NCBI GenBank assembly: GCA_018267365.1 | Contig: JAFDYQ010000009.1 | Location: 64,863 to 128,862 of the forward strand | Direction of reading: 5' to 3' | Length of the DNA stretch: 64,000 nt | From: Bacteroidota bacterium | GTDB taxonomy: Bacteria > Bacteroidota > Bacteroidia > Chitinophagales > LD1 | Shown: one piece after another, positions 10,701 to 18,546 of the stretch | Layout: the number at the start of each line of letters is the position of its first letter | Numbering within the stretch: position 1 is the first letter of the stretch | The notes under the pieces: model-generated | The model's input: the letters and a program-made list of their open reading frames with translations, nothing else | What the model was told of the DNA's origin: nothing | Database searches by the model: none | Program-made: the position numbers and the translations under genes

Positions 10701-11059
10701 GCCTCCTTGACCACGGCAAAGGCCTGTGGCAGCAGCTCCTGCAGCACCTCCTCGATCATCTTGTCGCGGTGCTTCTTCTGCTCGTCTACCTGCTTGAAGA
10801 TATTCTCCTTCTCATGCAGGTCTTCCTGCGCATTGGCGCGCTCTACCAGACCGGCTATCTCGGTGTCTATATCGCTCAGATACTCGGCTATACGGGTCTT
10901 GAACTCCGCCGTCTTGGCGCGAAGCTGGTCATTGGTCAGGGGTTTCAGTTTCTCATACTCTGCATTGATCTCATCTACGAGGGGCTGGAGGGCCTTGCGC
11001 TCGCGGTCATTCTTATTGCCGAAGATGGAACCGATGAGTTTTTCTAAAAAGTTTGCCAT
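7724..11059 (-). CDS. secA: preprotein translocase ATPase SecA
   Basis: 1111 aa; MATGEGKTLVATLP Walker A, DEVDSVLVDDARTPLIISG, and a C-terminal zinc finger CPCGSGKKFKNCHG. Confidence 0.95.
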   Translation of the reverse strand: MANFLEKLIGSIFGNKNDRERKALQPLVDEINAEYEKLKPLTNDQLRAKTAEFKTRIAEYLSDIDTEIAGLVERANAQEDLHEKENIFKQVDEQKKHRDKMIEEVLQELLPQAFAVVKEAAYRFTNNPRVEATATQLDRDLAVTNKAIEIEGDKVYYKNEWLAAGVPVKWNMVHYDVQLIGGIVLHQGKIAEMATGEGKTLVATLPAYLNALAGEGVHIVTVNDYLARRDSEWNGPLFNFLGIRVDCIDQYEPHSDGRINAYRADITYGTNNEFGFDYLRDNMVRNPDELVQRKHHFAMVDEVDSVLVDDARTPLIISGQIDSSDEKEFYELKPRINKLVETQKRVCNNFLTDAKRLIKEGNTGYKEGEGGLALFRAQRGYPKNTALIKFLSEPGVTQIMRETENHYLGEQQRNMPIVDKELYFTIDEKNNSVDLTDKGIELITGAGEDPHFFVIPEVGSVIADLEKSSLTPEEKLQQKDALMQDFAIKSERIHSVSQLLKAYTLFDKDVEYVVIDGKVKIVDENTGRIMEGRRYSDGLHQAIEAKENVKVEAASQTMATITLQNYFRMYHKLCGMTGTAETEAQELWDIYKLEVSSIPTNRPIARDDREDLVYKTRKEKFNAIIDEITKLTSEGRPVLVGTTNVEVSELLGRMLTMRKIKHNVLNAKQHQREAEIVAEAGHAGSVTIATNMAGRGTDIKLDDQAKAAGGLAIIGSERHDSRRVDRQLRGRAGRQGDPGSSQFYVSLEDELMRLFGSERISKVMDRFGYEEGEVIQHSMITKSIERAQKKVEENNFGIRKRLLEYDDVMNKQRQVVYTKRKHALFGERLALDIQNSFYDLADELVTTGLDTKDYEGFKLEVIRFFSVDTAITAEEFAAGRAEALTEKLFHEVMEAYERKKHFILSNALPVLTGLYMERGEQISSVAIPFTDTRRGINIYVPLEHIVKSEGRDLMTYFEKGVSLALIDDAWKDHLRQMDDLKQEVQTAGYEQKDPLVIYKIESFNLFKGLISNINKEIASFLFKGMIPVAEPQQVRAAEQEQTDFRKMKESRNDAALNAPQHAQGHMPHGQPQHAEPVRKQEPVRVGEKIGRNDPCPCGSGKKFKNCHGREE

Positions 11060-11351
11060 GTATATGGGTATATAATGTTATTTCCAAAAAGGTGCGCTAA
11101 GATAGGATTTTGCCCTCAAACGCCTAAAGGCAGCCTGAGTGCAGCGGACCCTGTGACTTTCGCAATAGGTTTAGACGGCTGAAACATCAAAAACCTGTCC
11201 CACCCATGCCAATCGGAAAGAATGGCAGAGAAAAAGCTGGAAAAAACTTTGCTGCCTGACAGGATGGAGGATTTGGGATGTGCGACCAGCCGGCCGGCAA
11301 AGGCAGGTTTTGGATTCGGCAAAGTAATGCCTACAAAACCGGAGCTATCTG

Positions 11352-12213
11352 CTACGGCAGGCTTTTGATACCGTCTATAGCTGACCGGAGATCAAACCTG
11401 CCACCGACCAGCCGGCGAATGATAAAGTAATGGGAGGCATAATCCTCCATGCGGAGGAAGTAGGCATTATTGACCGGATAGTTCATCCTGTCTTTCTGAA
11501 ACTGGTTGCCACCGGCAGTGATTCGGATTAGTGTGGCGGTGCACCTGACGTAGATCCTTTCTTTGGCTTTGGGCGGCTGGCGGTCTAGCAAGTGCCGCTG
11601 CCGGTTCATAAAGACATATGCCCTTTCAAAAATATCCCGCTGCCTGATGGCTGCCGCCGTGTCCAGCAGATGTGTCTGCCGGGCAAATCGCACACATGCA
11701 TAATTGGCCACCACATCAGCAAAAGACTCTTCAAAGCGGTAGGCGATAGGATGGCCGAGGTTCACCATATTGCGGTGTATGGCCTCATGAAATACAATAA
11801 AGGCGATGGCCTCATCAGGATAGGAGAGCAGTTTGGGGTTGAGCAGGGCGCTGGACATGCCAGCCGTTTTGTACACCAGCGTGTGATAGCCGCGTGTAGT
11901 CAGGCCTGCGGCGGTAGCATGGGCCAGAGCCTCGGAAGGGCAGTAGGCTGGGATGTGCAGCGAGGTGTCACGCGCTACATGATCGCCATAGGATATATAG
12001 AAAGGCGTACAGGCTGTCCTGCCGCTCCTCCTGCCAGTCCGTATAAAAGTCTGAAGGGACATAAAGCTGAAGGTCTAAGGCTATAAAGGCGCGCAGCGAA
12101 TCCAGTAGCCACAGCTGATGACTATACCGCTCCTCCCGCATAGTATGCTGCGCTATACAGCACCTGCCAGCTACCAGCAGGACAAGAAGAAAGTATGTGT
12201 GCTTAGCTTTCAT
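11352..12213 (-). pseudogene. HExxH putative aminopeptidase split by a frameshift (or sequencing error)
   Basis: ORF 11968..12213 carries the signal peptide (MKAKHTYFLLVLLVAGRCCIAQ). ORF 11352..12062, one frame over, carries the body with FHEAIH. The two overlap by 95 nt around a TATATAT tract near 12000. Confidence 0.55.
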
Positions 12214-12409
12214 TTATGGCGCTAAAATAGTCGCTTTGGAACCCACCCACTCCGTCACCGCCCTGTCACAATCCAGTGAACCGCCCGAATTTTTCGACAT
12301 TTCACCTCAAAATACCCAAAAAGGTGTATTGTTTTTCCTTACAAGGCGTTCTATGTTTATAATACATAAAAATAGAACCACCAATGTCTACACTGATCGA
12401 ACCATATTT

Positions 12410-12736
12410 CTATTGATCGCCTCCCTTGGGTCGGCTGCACCAGGCCTCCCACGCAGCATCATTTATCTCCTGCTGATGATGGCGATAGTCGCCATTTACG
12501 AAAGTAAGTAGTGCCTCTGCGCTATCCAGCACACGGATAGGCCAGTCGGGTCCGCCCGCAGCCATGCCATATATCAGATACCCATCTCCCTGCAGCTTTA
12601 TGAAAAAGGACGTGACGATGATGCTGACGCCTTCGCCGATCTCATCCGTCATATAGCCGCAGTGTATGCTATCGTCTCGCACCTTTGCATGTACGATCAT
12701 CTCCCGCAGCCGGGCAGCCAGTGTTTCCAGATCCAT
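12410..12736 (-). CDS. hypothetical protein (108 aa)
   Basis: Clean ORF between metH and the aminopeptidase gene, with coding-like composition. No motif recognised. Confidence 0.45.
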   Translation of the reverse strand: MDLETLAARLREMIVHAKVRDDSIHCGYMTDEIGEGVSIIVTSFFIKLQGDGYLIYGMAAGGPDWPIRVLDSAEALLTFVNGDYRHHQQEINDAAWEAWCSRPKGGDQ

Positions 12737-12805
12737 ATCACGGCATTTTTAAGCCGTAGGAAAAATAAATAATCGCCACCACAACACACTAAATCTTTAT
12801 ACCTC

Positions 12806-12841
12806 AAAAAAACCTCTGCGTCTCCGCGCCTCTGCGGTAAA
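12806..12841 (-). repeat. 3' element TTTACCGCA-GAGG-CGCGGAGACGCA-GAGG followed by T7 (minus-strand sense), 23 nt after the metH stop
   Basis: Shares 21 fixed positions with 41478..41506. The T-run suggests a terminator role, but only 3-4 bp stems can be drawn. Confidence 0.5.
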
Positions 12842-12864
12842 CTGTATTCCAGTCGTCGTCTAGA

Positions 12865-15800
12865 CTAATACCCCAGATTAGGCCCCAGCCACCGCTCCAT
12901 CTCTGCTACAGAGAGGCCCTTGAGGCGAGCTAGATTTTCTACCTGGTCCTTCGCTATCTTGCCCACACCAAAGTACTTCGCTTCTTTATTGGCAAAGTAC
13001 CAGCCGCTCACAGAGGCGGTAGGCAGCATGGCGTAGGACGAGGTGAGGGTGATGCCTGTGTTTTTCTCTACATCCAGCAGCTGCCAGATGGTCGGCTTCT
13101 CGGTGTGGTCGGGGCAGGCAGGGTAGCCCGGTGCGGGGCGTATGCCCTGGTACTGCTCGTCTATCAGCGCGTCGTTGGTCAGCTTTTCGTCTGCGGCATA
13201 GCCCCAGAACTCTTTACGTACGCGCTCATGCAGCCTCTCGGCAAAGGCCTCTGCGAGGCGGTCCGCCAGCGCCTTGAGCATGATGGCCGAGTAGTCGTCA
13301 TGTTTCGCTTCAAACTCCTTCACCTTCGCCTCTATATTGCCACCCGCCGTCACGGCAAAGGCGCCGATATAGTCCTCGCGGCCTGAGTCCTCCGGCGCGA
13401 TGAAGTCTGCCAGGGAGATATTCTTTTGCGTGCCCTCTTTCTTAGTTTGCTGGCGCATCTGGTGAAAGGCCACCACCTCTCCCCCCGCCCTCTCCAAAGG
13501 AGAGGGAGCTTTCGCCATACCTGCGGTATAAACGATGATACTTTCGTCTTTAGTATTAGTGGGGAAGATGCCGATGACACCTGTGGCGGTGATCCATTTC
13601 TCTGCTATCACTTTCTGCAGCATCTCCTGTGCATCGGCATAGAGTTTTTTGGCCTCGGCGCCATACTTGTCACTCTCCAGCACACGCGGGTAGGTACCAG
13701 AGATACCCCACGAGCTGAAGAACGGCGACCAGTCTATATACGCCGCCAGCTCCGCTATCGGATAGTCTTCAAAGACCTTCACACCGGTGAAGTTTGGCTT
13801 CCTGATCTCCGCCTTGGTCCAGTCTATGGCGTATTTGTTTCGCCGGGCCTCTGCGAGCGATACATACTCCACCTCAGACTGCCGCGAGAGAAACTGCTCA
13901 CGCATCCTGTCATACTCCTGGCGCAGCTCCTGTGCGGTAGTGGCGCCGGTATCTTTGCTCAGCAGGTTGCTGGCCACGGTCACGGCCTTAGACGCATCCA
14001 GCACGTGCACCACAGGGCCGCTGTAGGCAGGGGCTACCTTCACCGCCGTGTGCAGCTTGGAGGTCGTAGCGCCGCCTACCATCAGCGGGGTCTTCATGCC
14101 CAGGCGCTCCATCTCTTTGGCCACATGCACCATCTCATCCAGGCTCGGCGTGATCAGGCCGCTGAGGCCTATGATATCCGCATTCACCTCTTTCGCCTTC
14201 TCCAGTATCTTGTCTGCCGGCACCATCACGCCTATATCTACTATCTCATAGTTATTGCAGGCCAGCACCACGCCTACTATGTTCTTGCCTATGTCGTGTA
14301 CGTCACCCTTGACCGTAGCCAGCAGGATGCGGCCTGCGCCGCTTTTGTCAGCGTTGTTTTTTTTCTCCTCTGCGAGGAAAGGCTCCAGGTATGCCACCGA
14401 CTTCTTCATCACGCGCGCAGACTTTACGACTTGCGGCAGAAACATCTTGCCACTGCCAAACAGGTCGCCCACGATATTCATACCAGCCATCAGCGGGCCC
14501 TCTATCACATGCAGCGGCCGGCCATATTTCTGGCGTGCCTCCTCGGTGTCTGCCTCTATGTGCTCTACGATACCCTTCACCAGTGCATGAGACAGGCGCT
14601 CCTCTACGGTACCCTTGCGCCACTCCTCATCTGCTACTTCGGCCTTGTCCTTTTTCTTCACCGTCTCGGCAAAGGCTAACAGTCGTTCGGTCGCATCATC
14701 ACGGCGGTCCAGCAGTACGTCTTCCACCCGCTCCAGCAGGTCCTTTGGTATATCGTCATACACCTCCAGCATAGACGGATTCACGATGCCCATGTCCATA
14801 CCGTGGCGGATAGCGTGATAGAGGAAGGCCGAGTGCATGGCCTCCCGCACCGGGTTATTGCCGCGAAAGGAGAAGGACACATTGCTCACGCCGCCACTCA
14901 CGTGCGCATGAGGGAGGTTCTCGCGTATCCACCGCGTAGCGCGGAAGAAGTCGAGGGCATTCTTCCTATGCTCCTCCATGCCAGTAGCCACGGGAAATAT
15001 ATTGGGGTCAAAGATGATATCCTCCGGCGGGAAGCCGACGTGGTCTACGAGTATCCTGTAGGACCTTTCACAGATCTCTATGCGCCGCTCGTAGCTATCA
15101 GCCTGTCCGACTTCGTCGAAAGCCATCACGATCACTGCAGCGCCGTATTGTTTGACCAGCTCTGCCTGGCGGATAAATTCTGCTTCGCCGCCCTTCAGCG
15201 AGATCGAGTTGACGATGCCTTTGCCCTGCAGGCACTTGAGGCCCGCTTCGATTATTTCAAACTTGGATGAGTCTACCATCACCGGCACGCGGGCTATATC
15301 GGGCTCAGAGGCCGTGAGGTTGATGAAGCGCTGCATGGCATCTACGCCGTCCAGCATGCCCTCGTCCATATTAATGTCTATCACCTGTGCGCCACCCTCT
15401 ACCTGGTCGGTAGCGATGCTCAGCGCGTCGTCATATTTATTCTCCTTTATCAGCTTGAGGAATTTGGCCGAGCCGGTCACATTGGTCCGCTCGCCTACAT
15501 TCATGAAGTTGGACTCCGGTGTGACCGTCAGCGGCTCCAGGCCAGATAGCTGCATGAACTGGATACGCTTTGGTTTCCTCCGTGGTGCATACTTCGCAGC
15601 GATCTCTGCAAAGACCTTCGTATGGTCCGGCGTAGTGCCACAGCAGCCGCCTATGATATTGATGAAACCAGACCGGATGAACTCCTCCACATCGCTGCCC
15701 ATCATCTGCGGGGTCTCATCATACCCGCCAAAGGCATTTGGCAATCCCGCATTAGGATAGCAGCTCACCCAGGTGTGCGACACATTCGACAGCGTCTCTA

Positions 15801-16560
15801 CATACGGGCGCATATCCTTCGCACCCAATGCACAATTGAGGCCCACAGAGAAGAGGTTCGCATGCTTCACCGACACCCAGAATGCCTCCGTGGTCTGCCC
15901 GCTCAGTGTGCGTCCGCTCTGGTCTGTGATGGTCCCGGAGACAGACACTGGCAGGTTAGTACCCTTTTCTTTTTGCACTTGCTGTATGGCAAATAGAGCC
16001 GCCTTGCAGTTCAGCGTATCAAACACGGTCTCTACCAGCAGCCAGTCTGCACCACCATCTATCAGCCCATGCGCCTGCTCTGAGTATGCCTTTACCAACT
16101 CATCAAAGGTGATAGCGCGGTAGCCCGGATTATTCACATCAGGAGAGATAGACGCCGTACGATTGGTCGGGCCAAAAGCACCCGCCACAAAGCGCGGCTT
16201 ATCAGGATTCTCACGGTTAAATTCCTCTGCTACCTCCTTCGCAATCTTGGCCGACTCATAGTTGAGCTGATAGGCCAGGTGCTCCAGATGATAGTCTGCC
16301 TGCGCGATAGTAGTAGAGGAGAAGGTATTGGTCTCCACGATATCCGCGCCTGCGGCAAAGTACTGGCGGTGTATCTCCTTGATCACTTCGGGCTTTGTGA
16401 TAGAGAGGAGGTCATTATTGCCTTTCAGGTCATGCTTGTGGTCTTTCAATATCTCTCCGCGGAAATCTTCTTCCGTCAGTTTGTAGCGCTGTATCATGGT
16501 GCCCATAGCGCCATCGAGTACGAGTATCTTTTCTTCTGCGAGCTGTGCGAGTGTCTTCAT
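12865..16560 (-). CDS. metH: cobalamin-dependent methionine synthase
   Basis: ORF 12865..16611; likely start is ATG 16560 ([21 protein letters not shown]). Hcy-binding GGCCGTTP, B12 motif [10 protein letters not shown] (DxHxxG), and the C-terminal AdoMet reactivation domain. Confidence 0.95.
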   Translation of the reverse strand: MKTLAQLAEEKILVLDGAMGTMIQRYKLTEEDFRGEILKDHKHDLKGNNDLLSITKPEVIKEIHRQYFAAGADIVETNTFSSTTIAQADYHLEHLAYQLNYESAKIAKEVAEEFNRENPDKPRFVAGAFGPTNRTASISPDVNNPGYRAITFDELVKAYSEQAHGLIDGGADWLLVETVFDTLNCKAALFAIQQVQKEKGTNLPVSVSGTITDQSGRTLSGQTTEAFWVSVKHANLFSVGLNCALGAKDMRPYVETLSNVSHTWVSCYPNAGLPNAFGGYDETPQMMGSDVEEFIRSGFINIIGGCCGTTPDHTKVFAEIAAKYAPRRKPKRIQFMQLSGLEPLTVTPESNFMNVGERTNVTGSAKFLKLIKENKYDDALSIATDQVEGGAQVIDINMDEGMLDGVDAMQRFINLTASEPDIARVPVMVDSSKFEIIEAGLKCLQGKGIVNSISLKGGEAEFIRQAELVKQYGAAVIVMAFDEVGQADSYERRIEICERSYRILVDHVGFPPEDIIFDPNIFPVATGMEEHRKNALDFFRATRWIRENLPHAHVSGGVSNVSFSFRGNNPVREAMHSAFLYHAIRHGMDMGIVNPSMLEVYDDIPKDLLERVEDVLLDRRDDATERLLAFAETVKKKDKAEVADEEWRKGTVEERLSHALVKGIVEHIEADTEEARQKYGRPLHVIEGPLMAGMNIVGDLFGSGKMFLPQVVKSARVMKKSVAYLEPFLAEEKKNNADKSGAGRILLATVKGDVHDIGKNIVGVVLACNNYEIVDIGVMVPADKILEKAKEVNADIIGLSGLITPSLDEMVHVAKEMERLGMKTPLMVGGATTSKLHTAVKVAPAYSGPVVHVLDASKAVTVASNLLSKDTGATTAQELRQEYDRMREQFLSRQSEVEYVSLAEARRNKYAIDWTKAEIRKPNFTGVKVFEDYPIAELAAYIDWSPFFSSWGISGTYPRVLESDKYGAEAKKLYADAQEMLQKVIAEKWITATGVIGIFPTNTKDESIIVYTAGMAKAPSPLERAGGEVVAFHQMRQQTKKEGTQKNISLADFIAPEDSGREDYIGAFAVTAGGNIEAKVKEFEAKHDDYSAIMLKALADRLAEAFAERLHERVRKEFWGYAADEKLTNDALIDEQYQGIRPAPGYPACPDHTEKPTIWQLLDVEKNTGITLTSSYAMLPTASVSGWYFANKEAKYFGVGKIAKDQVENLARLKGLSVAEMERWLGPNLGY
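13488..13506. repeat. perfect GC-rich palindrome CCCTCTCC-AAA-GGAGAGGG inside the metH coding sequence
   Basis: 8-bp arms with a 3-nt loop, read directly. Translated in frame as part of [13 protein letters not shown]. Confidence 0.8.
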
Positions 16561-16565
16561 TGCAT

Positions 16566-16600
16566 AGTATTTAGTAGTTAGTATTAAGTATTTAGATAAA
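16566..16600 (-). repeat. 35-nt heptad module (AGTATTT AGTAGTT AGTATTA AGTATTT AGATAAA on the + strand) 5 nt upstream of the metH ATG
   Basis: Read directly. The mRNA-sense string TTTATCTAAATACTTAATACTAACTACTAAATACT contains no G. Near-identical copies lie at 6206..6240 and 43135..43169. Confidence 0.85.
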
Positions 16601-16671
16601 TACCAATACACAATGCCTTAAGCAATAGATTATCAAGAATAGTGGGGATACGATACGGAGTATACGTTTTG

Positions 16672-16802
16672 TTATCTATCTACCGGTAGATACCGATAGC
16701 AGGATTTAGCACCTTCATCTGTCTGCGTAGCCGTTTGGCTTGATAGCAGACAAGGGTTGCTAAGACATCAGCGGGCCTGTCCCTCCGTCTTTCTTGATAA
16801 TC
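16672..16802 (-). promoter_or_regulatory. SAM-I (S-box) riboswitch aptamer in the metH leader
   Basis: Minus-strand RNA reads GAUUAUCAAGAAAGACGGAGGGACAGGCCCGCUGAUGUCUUAGCAACCC...GGUGCUAAAUCCUGC...AGAUAGAUAA. This matches the conserved SAM-I cores (AUCAAGAG-GG-GGAGGGAC-GGCCCGAUGA, AGCAACC, GGUGCUAAAUCC, closing P1 AGAUAA). Confidence 0.9.
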
Positions 16803-16822
16803 ATACTGGTAAAGAGCGGCTG

Positions 16823-16853
16823 CAAATATAGGGCGAAATGGCTAATGTGCAAA
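16823..16853 (-). promoter_or_regulatory. Bacteroidota-type promoter TTTG-N19-TATATTTG driving the riboswitch-metH transcript
   Basis: On the minus strand the -7 box TATATTTG is at 16830..16823 and the -33 TTTG at 16853..16850, with a 19-nt spacer. The -7 box lies about 20 nt upstream of riboswitch P1. Confidence 0.6.
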
Positions 16854-16862
16854 TATAACTAT

Positions 16863-17327
16863 CTACTCTCCTTGCCATTCTGATCCGCGCCTGGCAGGCG
16901 GTACATACTCACGCAGTTTACGAAAGAAATAATGTGCATCAAAAAAGCCGACAGCTTTGTCTACCAGTCTACTGCGGGAGTCAAAGAAATAAATGGTGGG
17001 TAGCTGCTCTACATGAAAGACCTTGCTATTGACCTCGAGGTCATCAAAGTTCTCCAGGTCTATGTAATAGGCGAGGTAGTTCTTATTGACCAGTGCCGCT
17101 ATCTGAGGGTCAGCAAAGACCTCTTTTTTGAGCCTCTGGCAGGGTACGCACCACGGAGCGGTGAAGAGGATGATGTAGGGCTTGTTTTCAAATCGGACCA
17201 ATGCCGTAAAAGTGTCATACGGCATGTGTACAAAGCGGACACTATCACGCACTACTGCAAGGGTAGAATCCTGAGCGGCAGCTGATACAGACAGCCAGAG
17301 TATCAGACCCAGTGCGACATACCTCAT
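16863..17327 (-). CDS. thioredoxin-fold protein, secreted
   Basis: Signal peptide MRYVALGLILWLSVSAAAQ and a WCVPC redox motif. Confidence 0.7.
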   Translation of the reverse strand: MRYVALGLILWLSVSAAAQDSTLAVVRDSVRFVHMPYDTFTALVRFENKPYIILFTAPWCVPCQRLKKEVFADPQIAALVNKNYLAYYIDLENFDDLEVNSKVFHVEQLPTIYFFDSRSRLVDKAVGFFDAHYFFRKLREYVPPARRGSEWQGE

Positions 17328-17363
17328 GCGGCTAAACTACGCTATTTGCCGGAAGGGACAGTA

Positions 17364-17666
17364 CTATTTATGCTGGTCTATCACCTGCTTGAGCTGAGCG
17401 GCCTGCATCACGCCGGACTGCCTCCATAGCGCCTTCCCTCCTTTGAAAAGCATCAGCGTAGGCACACCCTGTATCTGGTAGGCAGAGGCGGCAGCAGGAT
17501 TGCGGTCCACATCTATTTTTACGATGCGTACATCCTCGCCGACCATATCTTTGAGCTGAGACAGGATCGGCGCCATCATCTTGCACGGGCCACACCATTC
17601 GGCAGAAAAGTCTACCAGTACCGGCTTGTCTGAGCTGATCAGGTCATTGAAATTGCTTTTTTCCAT
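17364..17666 (-). CDS. trxA: thioredoxin
   Basis: 100 aa, WCGPC active site, typical TrxA length and sequence. Confidence 0.9.
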   Translation of the reverse strand: MEKSNFNDLISSDKPVLVDFSAEWCGPCKMMAPILSQLKDMVGEDVRIVKIDVDRNPAAASAYQIQGVPTLMLFKGGKALWRQSGVMQAAQLKQVIDQHK

Positions 17667-17856
17667 ATTTACTTTGTTTACTGTGTTTTTTAGTTGGTGC
17701 CGGAGGCCTGATCCGCCGGAGAGCTATTCATCACTACACTTCTATTCCTTCACTGCTCCGATGCGGGCCTGTACCCCCGGCATCCAAACAACCAATCCCG
17801 TGCCTGAGTTGCGCTGGCCATTTTGTCATGCAAAACGGGCAGGGGATGGCCATACC

Positions 17857-18267
17857 TTATTTTTGCTCTGTCTCAAAAGCCTTCTGCCATGCTGCATAGC
17901 CGCCGCGCAGGTCATAAACGTGGCAAAACCCTTTATGCTTCATGATGCGTGCTGCAAATGGCGATCGATGGCATGTCTGGCAATAGACGAATGTAGTCTT
18001 ACCTCGCTGCAACGTATCTACATCTGCCCCATAGTGGAAAGCAAAGAAGTCATAGTTTCTCGCTCCGGGCATATGAGACTTGTTGTATTCACCAGGCGTA
18101 CGGACGTCTATCAGATAATGATCGTCACTGGCCTTTAGCAGACTGTCATACGCCGCCGGGCTCACCTTGCTATAGGTAAAGTTTGCACTATTCCTGACTG
18201 AGAAACAACTCTGTAGACCGGCTAGCATCAGCGCAGCTGTCACTGCCATGACCGTACTACGCATCAT
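17857..18267 (-). CDS. rhodanese-domain sulfurtransferase, lipoprotein/secreted
   Basis: ORF 17857..18492; the real start is probably ATGATG at 18267 (MMRSTVMAVTAALMLAGLQSC). YLIDVRTPGEYNKSHMPGA and a YCQTCHRS active-site loop. Confidence 0.75.
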   Translation of the reverse strand: MMRSTVMAVTAALMLAGLQSCFSVRNSANFTYSKVSPAAYDSLLKASDDHYLIDVRTPGEYNKSHMPGARNYDFFAFHYGADVDTLQRGKTTFVYCQTCHRSPFAARIMKHKGFCHVYDLRGGYAAWQKAFETEQK

Positions 18268-18470
18268 TATTTCTTGTCGCTGGTATTGATACCAAATGGC
18301 AGATAAAGCGGGCAGGTGCCTATGATGCTGGTGAGCACAAAGACGACAGCTACTGCAAGCAGGCCTATACCCAGCGGACCACTGATCACTCCGGTGAAAT
18401 ATAATGCTACAATGACCAGTGCTGCGACCACTCTGAGCGCGCGGTCCAGGTTTCCCATATTCTTTTTCAT
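18267..18470 (-). CDS. DUF2892 (YgaP-like) small membrane protein
   Basis: ORF 18267..18500; likely start is ATG 18470 (MKKNMGNLDRALRVVAALVIV). Two TM helices. Its TAA stop overlaps the rhodanese ATG by 1 nt. Confidence 0.65.
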   Translation of the reverse strand: MKKNMGNLDRALRVVAALVIVALYFTGVISGPLGIGLLAVAVVFVLTSIIGTCPLYLPFGINTSDKK

Positions 18471-18546
18471 TTGCATCGATTTTATGATGCAAAGAAACAA
18501 AGCCCGCAGTACATGAACGGGAACAAATGTTACCTACTCAAAGGTT

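Noticed and set aside
9707-11047. 446-aa ORF on the + strand, antisense to secA
   Set aside because: It lies entirely inside a confidently identified gene on the other strand. Its translation is low-complexity (Leu/Ile/Ala/Val-rich) with no motifs. It is a typical stop-free shadow frame.
11060-11351. 292-bp ORF-poor region upstream of secA, including a 68-aa minus-strand ORF (11116..11322)
   Set aside because: The ORF translation looks random (Ser/Phe/Pro-rich with no start context). I found no convincing repeat, hairpin or known RNA motif. It may simply be a long secA leader/promoter region.
12806-12841. Reading the GC-rich segment plus T7 after metH as a standard rho-independent terminator
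   Set aside because: The two GC-rich halves (CGCAGAGG) are direct repeats, not inverted ones, and only 3-4 bp stems can be drawn. It is reported instead as a shared repeat element of unknown mechanism.
13426-14679. 417-aa ORF on the + strand antisense to metH, with other antisense ORFs at 14803..15270, 15152..15760 and 15622..15996
   Set aside because: These are shadow frames of a 3.7-kb conserved gene. Composition is Arg/His/Leu-biased with no recognisable domains.
17857-18492. ORF-track call of a 211-aa protein extending upstream of the rhodanese domain
   Set aside because: The N-terminal 75 residues overlap the DUF2892 gene in another frame and look non-coding (His/Arg/Cys-rich). The signal peptide begins at the internal ATGATG at 18267.
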